The notes under the pieces are model-generated. The model saw only the letters and a list, made by a program, of their open reading frames with translations, did no database searches and had not been told where the DNA came from. Below, in pieces: positions 62,186-64,000 of a stretch of DNA of 64,000 nt (positions are counted from its first letter, which is position 1; each line of letters starts with the position of its first letter). The translations under genes were made by a program, and so were the position numbers. This DNA comes from an uncultured Planctomycetota bacterium (GTDB taxonomy: Bacteria > Planctomycetota > Planctomycetia > Isosphaerales > Isosphaeraceae), in NCBI GenBank assembly GCA_963823665.1, contig CAWGMQ010000007.1:640001-704000 (forward strand), given 5' to 3'.

Positions 62186-64000
62186 ATGAGTGATGCAAAA
62201 CCCGACGCAAAGGCAATCTTTCTAGAAGCCCTGGAATGTAAGGGCGCCTTTGAGTTGATGCGCTTTCTCGATCAAGCATGCGGGGCCAGCGCGGTCTTGC
62301 GCGGGCGTGTCGAGGAGCTGCTGCGGGCTCATCAAAATGCGGGCGCATTCCTGGGCGGGGCCGAGCAGCAAGAGGCCACGCGCGATCAACCGATTGTAGA
62401 ACATCCCGGCACGATCATCGGTCCCTACAAGCTGCTGGAGCAGATCGGCGAAGGGGGCTTTGGCGTCGTCTTCATGGCCGAACAGACGCAGCCGGTGCGC
62501 CGCAAGGTCGCGCTCAAGGTGCTCAAACCCGGCATGGACACGCGCCAGGTGGTGGCCCGCTTCGAGGCCGAGCGGCAGGCGCTGGCGATCATGGACCATC
62601 CCCATATCGCCAAGGTCTTGGACGGCGGCGCCACCGAAACAGGCCGGCCGTATTTCGTCATGGAGCTGGTGCGGGGCGTACCCATCACCGAGTTCTGCGA
62701 CCAGAACCTCTTGACGCCACGGCAGCGGCTGGAGCTCTTCATCCCCGTGTGCCAGGCCATCCAGCACGCACATCAGAAGGGCATCATCCACCGCGACCTG
62801 AAGCCGTCCAACGTGCTCGTCTCGCGGCACGACACCACGCCGGTGGTCAAGGTGATCGATTTTGGCGTGGCCAAGGCACTCGGGCAGGTGCTGACCGACA
62901 AGACGCTCTTCACCGGCATCGCCCAGATGATCGGGACGCCGCTGTACATGTCGCCGGAACAAGCCGGCATGAGCGATCTCGATATCGACACCCGTAGCGA
63001 CATCTATTCGCTGGGCGTGTTGCTCTACGAGCTGCTGACCGGTGCCACGCCGTTCGATGAGGCGCGTTTCACGCAGGCAGCGCAGGACGATATCCGCCGC
63101 ATCATCCGCGAAGAAGAGCCGCCGCGGCCGAGCACGAGGCTGTCGGATTCGAAGGAGACACTGCCGTCGATCTCGGCGCTCAGGGGCATGGAGCCGGCGA
63201 AGCTGACCAAGCTCGTGCGCGGCGAGCTCGACTGGATCGTGATGAAGGCGCTCGAGAAGGATCGCAATCGGCGTTACGAAACGGCCAACTCGATCGCGGC
63301 AGACATCGAACGCTACCTGAAAGACGAGCCGGTGCAAGCCTGCCCGCCCAGCGCCGGCTATCGAATACGCAAGTTCGTGTCGCGCAACCGGGCACCGCTC
63401 TTCACAACCGCGGCGATCGGGCTCGCGACGCTGGTCCTCTTCGCAGCCATGGCGTGGTCCGCCTGGGATCGACACTCGCGCTCGATCCAGCGGGCCAACG
63501 AAAAGTCAGCGCGCGCGGCCGTGCTATCGGCCCGATTGCCTGACATTCTTTCGGACATCACCCGTCTCGAGGAACAGCAGGCATGGCCCGAGGCGCTGGC
63601 GGCGGCCCACCGTGCCGAGACGGCGGTCGAAGTCGGCGAGGGGGACGCCGAGATCACCGCGACCGTCCGCGGGCACGTCGCCGAGCTTCAGTTCGTCGAG
63701 CGGCTCGAGGCGGCCCGATCGATACGCGATGTCGACTCCGGGGATTCGATTTACGACAAGATGGGGCGTCCCTCGGCGCCGGGAATCGCAAGCGCCCACT
63801 CCGTCGATGCCGGACCTGCGAACTTCGACGGGATCGAGCGTGCCTATAACGAGGCCTTCGCCGCATTTGGCGTTGACCTGAACAACCCGTCGACTGCCGC
63901 GACGCGCACCCGACTTCGACAAGCGCCCGGCATCCTGCAGGCGGTTGCCGCGGCGCTCGACGACTGGGCCGCCGTGCGGCGGAACAAAGCCCATCCTGGC
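62186..64000 (+). CDS. Membrane-anchored Ser/Thr kinase (partial, runs off the window); recent paralog of 48229-51729
   Basis: [20 protein letters not shown]...; colinear with the 48229 gene at offset 13957; absent from the ORF track because it has no stop in the window. Confidence 0.92.
   Translation, partial: MSDAKPDAKAIFLEALECKGAFELMRFLDQACGASAVLRGRVEELLRAHQNAGAFLGGAEQQEATRDQPIVEHPGTIIGPYKLLEQIGEGGFGVVFMAEQTQPVRRKVALKVLKPGMDTRQVVARFEAERQALAIMDHPHIAKVLDGGATETGRPYFVMELVRGVPITEFCDQNLLTPRQRLELFIPVCQAIQHAHQKGIIHRDLKPSNVLVSRHDTTPVVKVIDFGVAKALGQVLTDKTLFTGIAQMIGTPLYMSPEQAGMSDLDIDTRSDIYSLGVLLYELLTGATPFDEARFTQAAQDDIRRIIREEEPPRPSTRLSDSKETLPSISALRGMEPAKLTKLVRGELDWIVMKALEKDRNRRYETANSIAADIERYLKDEPVQACPPSAGYRIRKFVSRNRAPLFTTAAIGLATLVLFAAMAWSAWDRHSRSIQRANEKSARAAVLSARLPDILSDITRLEEQQAWPEALAAAHRAETAVEVGEGDAEITATVRGHVAELQFVERLEAARSIRDVDSGDSIYDKMGRPSAPGIASAHSVDAGPANFDGIERAYNEAFAAFGVDLNNPSTAATRTRLRQAPGILQAVAAALDDWAAVRRNKAHPG

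Noticed and set aside
3395..63475. Long antisense ORFs (3395-4585, 6701-8227, 28960-31128, 48127-49518, 51404-53008, 57827-60049, 62222-63475)
   Set aside because: Shadow frames of real genes, expected in high-GC, repetitive coding DNA

Overview
High-GC bacterial window with a Planctomycetota signature (inferred Isosphaerales/Gemmatales-like). It is dominated by cell-surface signalling: five ECF sigma factors (one ECF42-type, three ECF43/TIGR02999-type, one TIGR02984-type) and six membrane-anchored Hanks-type Ser/Thr kinases with TPR, WD40 or NTPase/FGE domains, plus three remnants of deleted kinases. Four large secreted proteins carry the planctomycete RxxxxExLExRxLL signal. From 31 kb to 64 kb these genes form repeated modules of secreted protein, ECF and kinase, linked by two conserved promoter-like motifs; one module is partly duplicated at a 13,957 bp offset. 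The first 5.4 kb hold integrase-free cassettes separated by tRNA-Pro 3' end fragments. One cassette has an ankyrin gene with a sigma70 promoter and a structured 5' leader. A small glycosylation cluster lies at 11-18 kb, and one kinase has a palindromic element inserted in frame in its catalytic domain. At least 11 frameshifts are present, probably long-read errors. No rRNA, complete tRNA, CRISPR array, integrase or transposase was seen. Family assignments come from motif recognition by eye, not from database searches.
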